A DNA stretch of 64,000 bases from NCBI GenBank assembly GCA_041660025.1, contig JBAZXD010000001.1, positions 40,059 to 104,058 of the forward strand, written 5' to 3'. The notes beneath the pieces are model-generated. The model was not told the origin of the DNA and searched no databases. It worked only from the letters and a program-made list of their open reading frames with translations. The position numbers and the translations under genes were made by a program. How positions within the stretch are numbered: the stretch's first letter is position 1; each line of letters opens with the position of its first letter. This document shows, piece by piece, positions 9,679-18,262 of this stretch. The stretch is from Minisyncoccota bacterium. Its GTDB lineage: Bacteria > Patescibacteriota > Minisyncoccia > Phycocordibacterales > Phycocordibacteraceae.

Positions 9679-10428
9679 ATGCGCGCTAAGAAAAGTCTCG
9701 GGCAGAATTTCCTGATGCACGCGCGCATCGCGGAGCGTATTGCGCTCGCCGCTCATCTCGCGCCGAGCACGGTCGTGTTCGAGATCGGCCCCGGGACCGG
9801 CATGCTCACGCGGGAACTCCTGAAACTGGCAGGGAAAGTAGTTGCGCTTGAAGCGGACTATGAACTCATCGAGAAATTACGAATTGATTTTTCGGATGAG
9901 ATCGCGAATGGCCGGCTCGAACTCATCCACGGTGACATACGCACATTCAACATCTCTTCGCTCCCGAAGGGATATGCGCTCGTCGCGAATATTCCGTACT
10001 ATCTGACGGGCGAGATTTTCCGGATGTTCCTTGCGGCGCCGAACCAGCCGAGCTCGATGACGCTTTTGGTACAGAAAGAGGTTGCGGCGCGTATCGCGCG
10101 TGCGAAGAAAGAGAGCATTCTTTCGCTCTCGGTAAAGGCGTACGGCACCCCGGCATATGAGTTCACGGTCCCGCGCGGGGCGTTTTGCCCCGCGCCCAAG
10201 GTCGATTCCGCCGTGCTCGCCGTCCGCGACATTTCGCGGAAGGATTTTCCCTCACCAGAGGAAGAAGAGCGATTTTTCGCGCTTCTGCACGCGGGGTTCG
10301 CACACAAACGTAAATTCGTGCGAAAAAATCTGGCCGATGCCGGACTGCCTGCGGGAACTATTCCTGAAAAAGCTCGCGCCGAAGACCTGCCGCTCTCGGT
10401 ATGGCTCGCCCTAAGCAGGGTCGAATGA
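9679..10428 (+). CDS. rsmA: 16S rRNA m6,2A dimethyltransferase RsmA/KsgA
   Basis: KKSLGQNFL, EIGPGTG, VANIPYYLT, PAPKVDSA. Confidence 0.96.
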   Translation: MRAKKSLGQNFLMHARIAERIALAAHLAPSTVVFEIGPGTGMLTRELLKLAGKVVALEADYELIEKLRIDFSDEIANGRLELIHGDIRTFNISSLPKGYALVANIPYYLTGEIFRMFLAAPNQPSSMTLLVQKEVAARIARAKKESILSLSVKAYGTPAYEFTVPRGAFCPAPKVDSAVLAVRDISRKDFPSPEEEERFFALLHAGFAHKRKFVRKNLADAGLPAGTIPEKARAEDLPLSVWLALSRVE

Positions 10429-10433
10429 TACGA

Positions 10434-11408
10434 CTATACCGGAGAAGAGCCGACCACCGGTGTGATCAGACCCTCTGAGTAGATGTAGTACGGTCCGATC
10501 CAGCATGCGCCGGGACCGGGAGTGTATTCTCCAAGAAGCCAGCTCGTCGCCGGTATATTGTACGAGAGAAATGCCTGGGATCCCGACATATAAGAGACAA
10601 GGGTTACAAAAGTAGGAGGAAGCGGTGAGAGCATAATGTTCCAGACACCGCCATTGCAGGGGAGAGGGAACAGAAGCGCACCGCCGAAGGGAACGCCGGT
10701 CCCGGCGCGTGCACGACCGGGCATAAAGACGGTATCAAACGCGCGTTCTACCATCGCCAAAGTTCTACCGATAAGAGAGGTATCCTGCACTGCTTGGTTG
10801 GGTGTGTCTTGAACCATTTTCAGAAAAGTGGCGTGCAGGTCGGTCGTGGTAGCAATCACTTTCATAACCTGTTCCTTCACTGCGGCGATCTCAGTGGCAG
10901 AGGCTCCCTGCTTTGTCGCGACGCTGTCGAGAGCGGCTAAGAATTTGTCGACATTCTTCAGATTCGGATTTTGAGAAGCCATTGCCGGAGCGGGAGTCTC
11001 GGCGGGTACAGTCTGCGTATCGACACGTGGAGCGCTTGTTTGCGACAAGGTAGAAATCGTATTGAGTTTCGCTCTCGTATACAGTCCTACATAGCCATTA
11101 CCCTGGGATAGGCCGGCGGGTGTCAAGACTTCGCTTGCGTACTTCGCTTGGAACCGTACAACGGCTCTTTTCGTGAGCGCTCCAAAGTAGCTCGTTTCAT
11201 TTCCCGGAGAACCTGAACCGGTGCTCGCAATGCGCGTATCCGGGTCGCGGTTCAGGATACGCTGAAGCGCGATAACCTGCGGGCCCGAAGAACCGAGCGA
11301 GAGATTATTCATAAACGCATTCGGGGCGCCCGCCTGTGCGTTCGCGAATGTTCCGTACGGGAACACGATACTAAAAGCCGCGATGAGAGAGAGAAACGAA
11401 GCTCGCAT
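10434..11408 (-). CDS. secreted peptidoglycan-binding domain protein
   Basis: Signal peptide; LSLGSSGPQVIALQRILN...YFGALTKRAVVRFQ...GYVGLYTRAKLN (PG_binding_1 type). Confidence 0.82.
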   Translation of the reverse strand: MRASFLSLIAAFSIVFPYGTFANAQAGAPNAFMNNLSLGSSGPQVIALQRILNRDPDTRIASTGSGSPGNETSYFGALTKRAVVRFQAKYASEVLTPAGLSQGNGYVGLYTRAKLNTISTLSQTSAPRVDTQTVPAETPAPAMASQNPNLKNVDKFLAALDSVATKQGASATEIAAVKEQVMKVIATTTDLHATFLKMVQDTPNQAVQDTSLIGRTLAMVERAFDTVFMPGRARAGTGVPFGGALLFPLPCNGGVWNIMLSPLPPTFVTLVSYMSGSQAFLSYNIPATSWLLGEYTPGPGACWIGPYYIYSEGLITPVVGSSPV

Positions 11409-11503
11409 AAATAAAAGGATAGCACGCGATAAGAACCCGCGAGTTTATGCACTTAGGTCTCTAGGGTAATCGGTTCGTGCTGGGTATACTTCATATGCAT
11501 ACT

Positions 11504-12535
11504 ATGGGCAGAATTCTCGAAAACTGGCGGGTTCTTATCGCGGCTCTCCTTGCAATGGGGCTTATCGTTGGTTCGTTTATGCTCGCGCGCGGCATCGAAT
11601 CGCCCAGGAGCGCGCAAGCGTCGGCCGAGACCGCGCTCCTCCAAGCGATCGCATCGAAGGATACGGACGGCGACGGACTTCCCGACTGGGAAGAAGCGCT
11701 CTACGGGACATCGTCGAGCACCGCCGATACATTCAAGCTCGGTATGACCGACGGCGAGGCGGTCGCGCGCGGTCTTATCGTGCCGAAGGCGATTTCCGAC
11801 ATCGCAGTGAAGACTTCCGCTCCGGCAGATGCCGACGCGGACGGTCTTCCCCCGCCTGCCGCCGAGGGGACGCTCACTGCCGCATTCGCACAACACTTCT
11901 TCACTCTCTACCTCGCGGCGAAAGAGGCGAACGGCGGCGCGAATCTCTCTGAAAGCGGCATGGCGAGCATTGCGAACGAGGCCCTGAGCTCTCTCTCCTC
12001 CGCCATTACCGCCGCGCCCGACTTCAAAGCCGCAAAGGACCTAAAGGTCTCCGGTTCGGGCCCTGAAGCCCTTAAAGCGTTCGCGGCCGCGGCCGAAGCG
12101 GTGCTGCGGAAGAATACGACCAGCGCGACGAAGAATGAGGTTTTGTACTTAGAGGACGCGGTCCAAAAGAATGACGCTAGGGCGTTGTCGTACATCGCCG
12201 GAATCGCGAAAGGGTATCGGGAGTCTGCCGTCGGCCTTTCTATGCTCGCCGTCCCGCAAGAGCTTGTCGCGGACGATCTCGCGCTCATTAATGCGATGGT
12301 CCGCATAAGCGAGATCATTACCGACTTCGCGCGCGTGAATGACGACCCGCTCGCGGCGATGCTCGCCCTCGGGCAATACCCGGCGGCCGTGCAGTCTCTC
12401 GGAGAGGCTTTTATACGCGTCGGCGCGCAATATAGAGACGCGGGTATCTCCCTCTCTGCGGGTACGCCCGGGGCGGCATTCGTGAATCTCATTAGCGACC
12501 TGGCACAAGAACAGGCTGCCGCAAAAAAGCCATGA
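11504..12535 (+). CDS. membrane-anchored hypothetical protein with a DxDxDG Ca-binding (TSP3-like) motif
   Basis: N-terminal TM; KDTDGDGLPDWEEALYGT. Confidence 0.78.
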   Translation: MGRILENWRVLIAALLAMGLIVGSFMLARGIESPRSAQASAETALLQAIASKDTDGDGLPDWEEALYGTSSSTADTFKLGMTDGEAVARGLIVPKAISDIAVKTSAPADADADGLPPPAAEGTLTAAFAQHFFTLYLAAKEANGGANLSESGMASIANEALSSLSSAITAAPDFKAAKDLKVSGSGPEALKAFAAAAEAVLRKNTTSATKNEVLYLEDAVQKNDARALSYIAGIAKGYRESAVGLSMLAVPQELVADDLALINAMVRISEIITDFARVNDDPLAAMLALGQYPAAVQSLGEAFIRVGAQYRDAGISLSAGTPGAAFVNLISDLAQEQAAAKKP

Positions 12536-14262
12536 AATCGCGCTTCATTTCTCCACTGCTCTCGGCACTTCTCGTCGTATCGCTTCTTGCGCCATCGCTC
12601 TTCTTCGTAGCACCACAAGAAGTGCATGCCCAGTCTATAGGCGTTCCAACGGACGACTGGGTGGTTCGGATCAAGGAAACGCTCAACCTGGTATCGACCT
12701 ACACGAACACTGCCGCGAATGTCGCGATGCAGATCAACGCGTACGTGCTCCAGCCGCTCGCCTTCGCGCTCTCGGGGGATCTGCTGAAGATGATCACCGC
12801 CGGCGTCATCTCCTTCGTCATCGGCAAGGCGAACGGCACCGGCATCCCGCAGTTCGTAGTGGACGTGCAGAAATCGCTCCAGACGGTCGGTGACGCACGC
12901 GCTCTTACGTTCCTTGATCAGTTCGGGCGGAACTCCAATTCGCCCTTCGCCTCTTCAATAGCATCGTCCTTGCGCAACGATTACCTCTCCAAGACGAGTC
13001 TCGCCGGATTCTGGGCCGCCAATATGAATACGCTCGCGCGCTCGACGCCCTCGTATCGGCCGGGCTACCTCGCCGGGAACTGGTCGCAGGGCGGCGTGCG
13101 GGCGTGGTTCGCGCTCACGACACAGGTGCAGAACAACCCGTACACGTTCTATCAGAATTCGCAGGAACGGCTCGGCACTATGATTGGCCCCGGCATCGGC
13201 GGCGCCACCGGCGCGCGTGTCGCGGAGCTCAATTGGGGGCAGGGTTTCACCTCGTGGTGCGGAGCGACCGACACGGGGGGTAGTGACGGAACGGAGATGG
13301 AGTCTGAGGCAGGCGTGAATCCGGGAGACCCGTGTACTGACAAAGACGGGAACCCGGGCTCTATCAAGACGCCCGGCTCGGTCATCGTGGCGAGCCTTAA
13401 TAAGGCGCTCGGTAGTCAGACGGATTCGATACTTCGGATGGGGAATGTCGGCCCCGAGATCAATAACATCCTGAGGAACATCGGGACCGTTATGCAGACG
13501 GTGAACTTCGCGACGCAGATACTCGGCGGCTCGGGCTCGGGCGGCCTCTTCGGCGTGAATGCCACCTCTGGCACGAATCCGACTTCTCGGCTTATGCAGT
13601 ACCAGAACACGCCCGGGTACCTAGGCGTCACTCAGTCTTCGGTGTTACAGAACGCGGCGACGCTCCCGGTAGTGAGTTCTGATATGTCGGGCCGTCTCAC
13701 TCAATACGAATCGTCGTGGAGCACTATCAGCTCGGCGGCGAACGCCGCGTCGACGACCGTCGCGAGCCTCGCGAATTTCTGTATTGCAGAGCAGAAAGTC
13801 GCGCCGTCGGTATTCAACAATGATGAGGCAGGCTTAGCGGCTTTCTTAAGCGCGAGCACCGCCCAGGCGAATACCGCGCGTTCCGTGCTCACGACGACGA
13901 TCGCACCAGTGCTCGCTCAGGCTTCAGCTGCCGCCACAACAATTGCTACGGCGCGCGCGATGGTGCAAAGAGTCCAAAGCGGTCAGAATTCGACCTCTGG
14001 AACGGCGAGTGCCGCATATCTCGCCGATCTGCAGACGCTGCAAACTATGCCGCCCTCGGACGCGGACATCTCGAATGCTCTGCAAGATGCACAAATTGCC
14101 GGCGTGGCGACCGCTATTCCGGCAGGTTCCCTCACGGTCTCGGGCGGAACGATCGTCGGCAGGATGAGCCTGCTCAGCACGAATGCCGAGGCGCTCAAGG
14201 CTTCGGTCTGTACTCCCGTCGCGTCTGTGAGAGGAAACAACAACAGCGACAATGGCGATTAA
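12532..14262 (+). CDS. secreted hypothetical protein (possibly VirB5/TrbJ-like)
   Basis: Signal peptide ending EVHA|Q; mature start QSIGVPTDD; helical, Ala/Thr/Ser-rich; directly precedes a VirB6-like gene. Confidence 0.6.
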   Translation: MKSRFISPLLSALLVVSLLAPSLFFVAPQEVHAQSIGVPTDDWVVRIKETLNLVSTYTNTAANVAMQINAYVLQPLAFALSGDLLKMITAGVISFVIGKANGTGIPQFVVDVQKSLQTVGDARALTFLDQFGRNSNSPFASSIASSLRNDYLSKTSLAGFWAANMNTLARSTPSYRPGYLAGNWSQGGVRAWFALTTQVQNNPYTFYQNSQERLGTMIGPGIGGATGARVAELNWGQGFTSWCGATDTGGSDGTEMESEAGVNPGDPCTDKDGNPGSIKTPGSVIVASLNKALGSQTDSILRMGNVGPEINNILRNIGTVMQTVNFATQILGGSGSGGLFGVNATSGTNPTSRLMQYQNTPGYLGVTQSSVLQNAATLPVVSSDMSGRLTQYESSWSTISSAANAASTTVASLANFCIAEQKVAPSVFNNDEAGLAAFLSASTAQANTARSVLTTTIAPVLAQASAAATTIATARAMVQRVQSGQNSTSGTASAAYLADLQTLQTMPPSDADISNALQDAQIAGVATAIPAGSLTVSGGTIVGRMSLLSTNAEALKASVCTPVASVRGNNNSDNGD

Positions 14263-16300
14263 TATGCGGCGATTCCTCCTCACCTCCTTCGCAGTCCTCG
14301 CGCTCGTCGTGGGCGCGGCGCCCGCCACGCATGCTCAATACGACTCTTCTCAAAACATGGAGGCAGCGTTGGATCAGACAGCAGCCACGGCAGCAAATTC
14401 TGTCTCCGACCCTGCCGCCGCGAAGGCAGCGAACGACTACAAGCCGGAGAGCACCGACTCCGCCTACAACACCATCATGATTAAGATCATGACTCTCTTC
14501 GCGTGGCTCGTCGGTGTTGCGATGATCACTCTCAACTACGCGGCATACTACACCGTCGTCACGATGGGGACCTATGTGAACGATCTCTCCGCCATCGGCG
14601 TTACCTGGAGCATCCTCCGCGACATCGGCAACATATTTCTCATATTCGGCTTCCTCGCGATCGGCATCACCACTATCCTGAACGTTGACTGGTACGGCGG
14701 CGGCAAGAAGATGCTCCCGATGATGTTCGTCGCCGCCATATTCCTCAATTTCTCCCTCTTCATAACCGAGGCGGTCATCGACACGGGCAATCTCTTCGCG
14801 ACCCAGTTCTATACGCAGATAAACGACGGCAATCTCCCGACAGCGGCGACCTTGGTGGATGAAGGCATCTCGAGCAAGATAATGTCCCAGCTCGGACTCA
14901 CGACGATCTATGGTCAAGCTCAGAATAATGAAAGGGCGAAGGACATATTTAAAGGCGGTAATCCGTGGATCATCGGTTTTATGGGCATCATACTTTTCAT
15001 CATCCTGGCATTCGTGTTGTTCTCGCTCGCATTCGTACTCATTGCGCGTTTTGTCATTCTCATCTTCCTTATTATCCTCGCGCCCGTCGGCTTCGCGGGT
15101 CTCGCCGTGCCTCAGCTCGCGAGCGTCGCGAAGAAGTGGTGGGACAAACTCTTCGAGCAGACCATCACCGCGCCGGTCCTGCTCCTGATGCTCTACATCG
15201 CGCTTACCATCATTACCGATGTGCGATTTCTTACCGGTTTTGGTTCCGATCAGGGCGCGGATTGGCTCGGGACCATACGAGGCGACATAGCCGGATTCGC
15301 ACCGGTCCTGCTCTCCTTCCTCGTCGCGATGGGGCTCCTCCTCGCGGTCGTCATTTTCGCCAAAAATCTCTCCGCCTTCGGCGCTTCTGGAGCGACAAAA
15401 CTTGCAAGTAAGCTTTCTGGAGTGTCTGTCGCCGCAGCCGCGCCTGGATGGGTCGGGCGCAATACATTTGGCTTGGCTGGCAATTATGCCGCGAAAAAAT
15501 TGCGTGACACTGGGTTTGGCCGCTCATTTGTCGGTCGAGGCATTGCTGGGACGCTTGAGAAACGAGTGGCGGGTGCAAGTTTTGATATTCGCAATACAGA
15601 CTTTGGCAAATCGGCATCCAAAGTCGGTCTCAATCTTGGTAAAGGTCAGACGGGTGGCTACAAGGCGGATCTTGAGGCTCGCGTAAAATCTTATGAAGCG
15701 GCATCGGCTGGGATCACTGGCGGCGCGAAGGAGAAAGAAGAAAAGCAGGCGGCTAGGCAGGCTAAAGCAACTATAGATGCGACACGCGAGGCACGCGATA
15801 AGGCAGAGGCTGAACATAGGCGTATTGAGCCTGCTCTGGCACAAGAAAATGCAAGACAAAAAGCAGAAGTTGAGCGGCTTGAGAAAGAAAAAGAACGCTT
15901 CGGGGCCGGGACTTTTGCTGCAAATGAGATCGACAAAAAACTCATTCCGGCCCGCGAAAGTCTTGTCAAGAGTAATGAGGCACTTAAGGCCGCAAATGAT
16001 AAGTTAACTGATGCTAAAACCGCTCTTGCAACCGCAATGAATGATGAGGCCGCAGCAAGAAAGAATGTTGGGACAGCTAAGAAAGAAGCTCAAAGCGAGT
16101 ATGCCGATAGACTTGAGAGTATATGGGGCAGAATCCCTCTCGCCGGCACCGCAGCTACAGCCGCGGCGCCAAGAGTTCGTAGCAATATCGGTAAAACAGC
16201 GGACCAGCGTGCAATAGAAGGACTCCTCAAGGAAATAAAAGACAAGGCGGGAGCGAGCGGCGGAGGAGAGAAGAAGGAGGAGAAAGAAGAGGCGAAATAA
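14252..16300 (+). CDS. polytopic membrane protein, TrbL/VirB6-like, with C-terminal coiled coil
   Basis: Signal peptide, WSILRDIGNIFLIF, LLNFS-like LNFSLFIT, ARFVILIFLIILAPVGF..LAVP..KKWW; several TMs. Confidence 0.7.
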   Translation: MAINMRRFLLTSFAVLALVVGAAPATHAQYDSSQNMEAALDQTAATAANSVSDPAAAKAANDYKPESTDSAYNTIMIKIMTLFAWLVGVAMITLNYAAYYTVVTMGTYVNDLSAIGVTWSILRDIGNIFLIFGFLAIGITTILNVDWYGGGKKMLPMMFVAAIFLNFSLFITEAVIDTGNLFATQFYTQINDGNLPTAATLVDEGISSKIMSQLGLTTIYGQAQNNERAKDIFKGGNPWIIGFMGIILFIILAFVLFSLAFVLIARFVILIFLIILAPVGFAGLAVPQLASVAKKWWDKLFEQTITAPVLLLMLYIALTIITDVRFLTGFGSDQGADWLGTIRGDIAGFAPVLLSFLVAMGLLLAVVIFAKNLSAFGASGATKLASKLSGVSVAAAAPGWVGRNTFGLAGNYAAKKLRDTGFGRSFVGRGIAGTLEKRVAGASFDIRNTDFGKSASKVGLNLGKGQTGGYKADLEARVKSYEAASAGITGGAKEKEEKQAARQAKATIDATREARDKAEAEHRRIEPALAQENARQKAEVERLEKEKERFGAGTFAANEIDKKLIPARESLVKSNEALKAANDKLTDAKTALATAMNDEAAARKNVGTAKKEAQSEYADRLESIWGRIPLAGTAATAAAPRVRSNIGKTADQRAIEGLLKEIKDKAGASGGGEKKEEKEEAK

Positions 16301-16307
16301 TTGCAAT

Positions 16308-17177
16308 ATGGACACAAATCAAGAACCAACATTTGATCAAGATTTATCAACAATAGTCTCGCAATTGCCGCCGCCTATAAAGACGTTTTTCGTGAGTGGG
16401 AAAGTGGAGATTATTGCGAAGAATTTGATGCAGAAAAATCAGCTTCATATTGATCAGGGTGCGATCGTGGAACGTGAGATCATTTTACTCCTGCTCGGAC
16501 TTAAAACCCCTACTGAGTTTACTCAGGCGCTTGCGGAGGAAGCGCGTCTTGACCCGCAGGTCACGAGCGGCATCGTGCAGGATATAAATGCGCAGATATT
16601 TATGCCATTGCGGGAGGAGATGCGGAAGGGAATGTCTGGTGCGGCAGAGCCGGCGAAGACTGTGGCGCCGAAGGCTGCGCAACCCGCGAGCCATTTCCAT
16701 CTGGAGAACAAGTTGCCCGCCCGCTCCGCTCCGCCAGTGCCTCCTCGTCCCGCCTCCAACATCGCGCCTCTACCGCCGAAGACGGTGTTGCCTCGCAGTG
16801 GGGGTCTGCCTGCCACACGACTGCCAGTGTTGAAGCCGATAGACACGAGTCGACTGCTCGAAGATCATGAGGAGCCGCACATTGAGTTTCCTGCATTGCC
16901 TACACCTATAAGCATGACAAAGGCGCCGCGACCTCTGCAAAGAGCCGCAGAAACCCCGCTCCAACAGGCCCTGCGAACCGTTCTGCCTCGCCCCGCCGGA
17001 GTTTCTAACGCAGGAAGTCCGCCACCGAATCTCCCAGGAGCTCTCTCGCCGCGCATTCCTCCCAAGGTCGAACCCTCCATTTCACAGACCCAACCGAAAC
17101 CTGCCCAGCCGGTTGTTCCTCCCCCCGCTCCCGCCAGGCCGTATTCCTCCGACCCCTACCGCGAGCCGATCGAGTGA
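16308..17177 (+). CDS. hypothetical protein with Pro-rich tail
   Basis: Folded-looking N-terminal ~105 aa, low-complexity Pro-rich region, ends YSSDPYREPIE. Confidence 0.78.
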   Translation: MDTNQEPTFDQDLSTIVSQLPPPIKTFFVSGKVEIIAKNLMQKNQLHIDQGAIVEREIILLLLGLKTPTEFTQALAEEARLDPQVTSGIVQDINAQIFMPLREEMRKGMSGAAEPAKTVAPKAAQPASHFHLENKLPARSAPPVPPRPASNIAPLPPKTVLPRSGGLPATRLPVLKPIDTSRLLEDHEEPHIEFPALPTPISMTKAPRPLQRAAETPLQQALRTVLPRPAGVSNAGSPPPNLPGALSPRIPPKVEPSISQTQPKPAQPVVPPPAPARPYSSDPYREPIE

Positions 17178-17192
17178 GTTTCGTTGCGTTAG

Positions 17193-17221
17193 TTGCGTTC
17201 TTGCCTACTATTATATATAGT
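17193..17221 (+). promoter_or_regulatory. sigma70 promoter of the str operon
   Basis: TTGCGT-17 bp-TATAGT upstream of rpsL. Confidence 0.6.
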
Positions 17222-17255
17222 ACTTCTGTCCCGCGAACGCGGGTTTTCTAAATAA

Positions 17256-17669
17256 ATGGCCACCATCAATCAGCTGTCCAAGAAGGGACGCAAGAACAAA
17301 TCGCGCAAGACGAGCGTGCTCGCTCTTGCGCGTGGTTTTAATGCACTCAAGAACCGTCCGACTTTCTATCCTTCTCCCTTCAAACGAGGTGTGTGTACTA
17401 AAGTGACCACCAAGACCCCGCGTAAGCCGAACTCCGCCATCCGTAAGATCGCCCGCGTTCGCCTCACGAACGGGATGGAGGTAACGGCCTACATCCCAGG
17501 CGAAGGGCACAACCTCCAGGAACACTCGGTCGTCATGCTCCGTGGTGGTCGCGTGAAGGACATCGGCGTCCAGTACACCATCGTGCGTGGCAAGCTCGAC
17601 ACCGCCGGCCTCGAGAAGCGCCGCACCGCCCGCTCGCGCTACGGCGCGAAGCGCCCGTCCGCTAAATAA
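17256..17669 (+). CDS. rpsL: 30S ribosomal protein uS12
   Basis: [33 protein letters not shown]. Confidence 0.98.
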   Translation: MATINQLSKKGRKNKSRKTSVLALARGFNALKNRPTFYPSPFKRGVCTKVTTKTPRKPNSAIRKIARVRLTNGMEVTAYIPGEGHNLQEHSVVMLRGGRVKDIGVQYTIVRGKLDTAGLEKRRTARSRYGAKRPSAK

Positions 17670-17671
17670 GT

Positions 17672-18136
17672 ATGCGCCGACCCCTGAAAAAGAAGCGCAC
17701 CTGGCGTCCGGACCTCAAATACGGTTCGGAGACTCTCACTCGCTTCATCAATGCGGTTATGTGGGACGGTAAGAAGGATACGGCGCGCACCGTCGTCTAT
17801 GACGCCCTCGCCGTTATCGAGAAAGGAGGGGAGAACCCGCTCGAGACATTCGAAGCGGCGCTTCGCAACGTGTCGCCTTTGATGGAGGTCCGCTCCCGCC
17901 GCGTCGGCGGTGCGAACTACCAGGTGCCGCGCGAGGTGCCGCAGACGCGCCGTCTCGCACTCTCGTTCCGCTGGCTCATCACCGCAGCGCGCAACAAGAA
18001 GGGTAAGCCGATGGCGGAGAAGCTCGCCGCCGAGCTCCTCTTGGCCTCTAAGAACGAGGGTGACGCTATCAAGAAGAAGGACGAGATGCACCGTATGGCG
18101 GATGCCAACAAGGCCTTCGCCCATTTCGCCTGGTAA
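17672..18136 (+). CDS. rpsG: 30S ribosomal protein uS7
   Basis: EVRSRRVGGANYQVP, HRMADANKAFAHF. Confidence 0.98.
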   Translation: MRRPLKKKRTWRPDLKYGSETLTRFINAVMWDGKKDTARTVVYDALAVIEKGGENPLETFEAALRNVSPLMEVRSRRVGGANYQVPREVPQTRRLALSFRWLITAARNKKGKPMAEKLAAELLLASKNEGDAIKKKDEMHRMADANKAFAHFAW

Positions 18137-18222
18137 GCTTTGAAGACAAAGCTTTCTCCCTACGCTCGCCTCGGACAAATATATGCAGACATACATTTGT
18201 CACTCGGCTCGCTTGGTAGTAA
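18134..18222. repeat. structured intergenic repeat, copy B
   Basis: TAA-[AAGCTTTG-AAGA-CAAAGCTT]-TCTCCCTACGCTCGCCTCG-[hairpin]-CTCGGCTCGCTTGGTAGTAA. Confidence 0.85.
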
Positions 18223-18262
18223 TCTATTAGTGCGCCACGGCGCTTTTATTTTTATTTAATTT

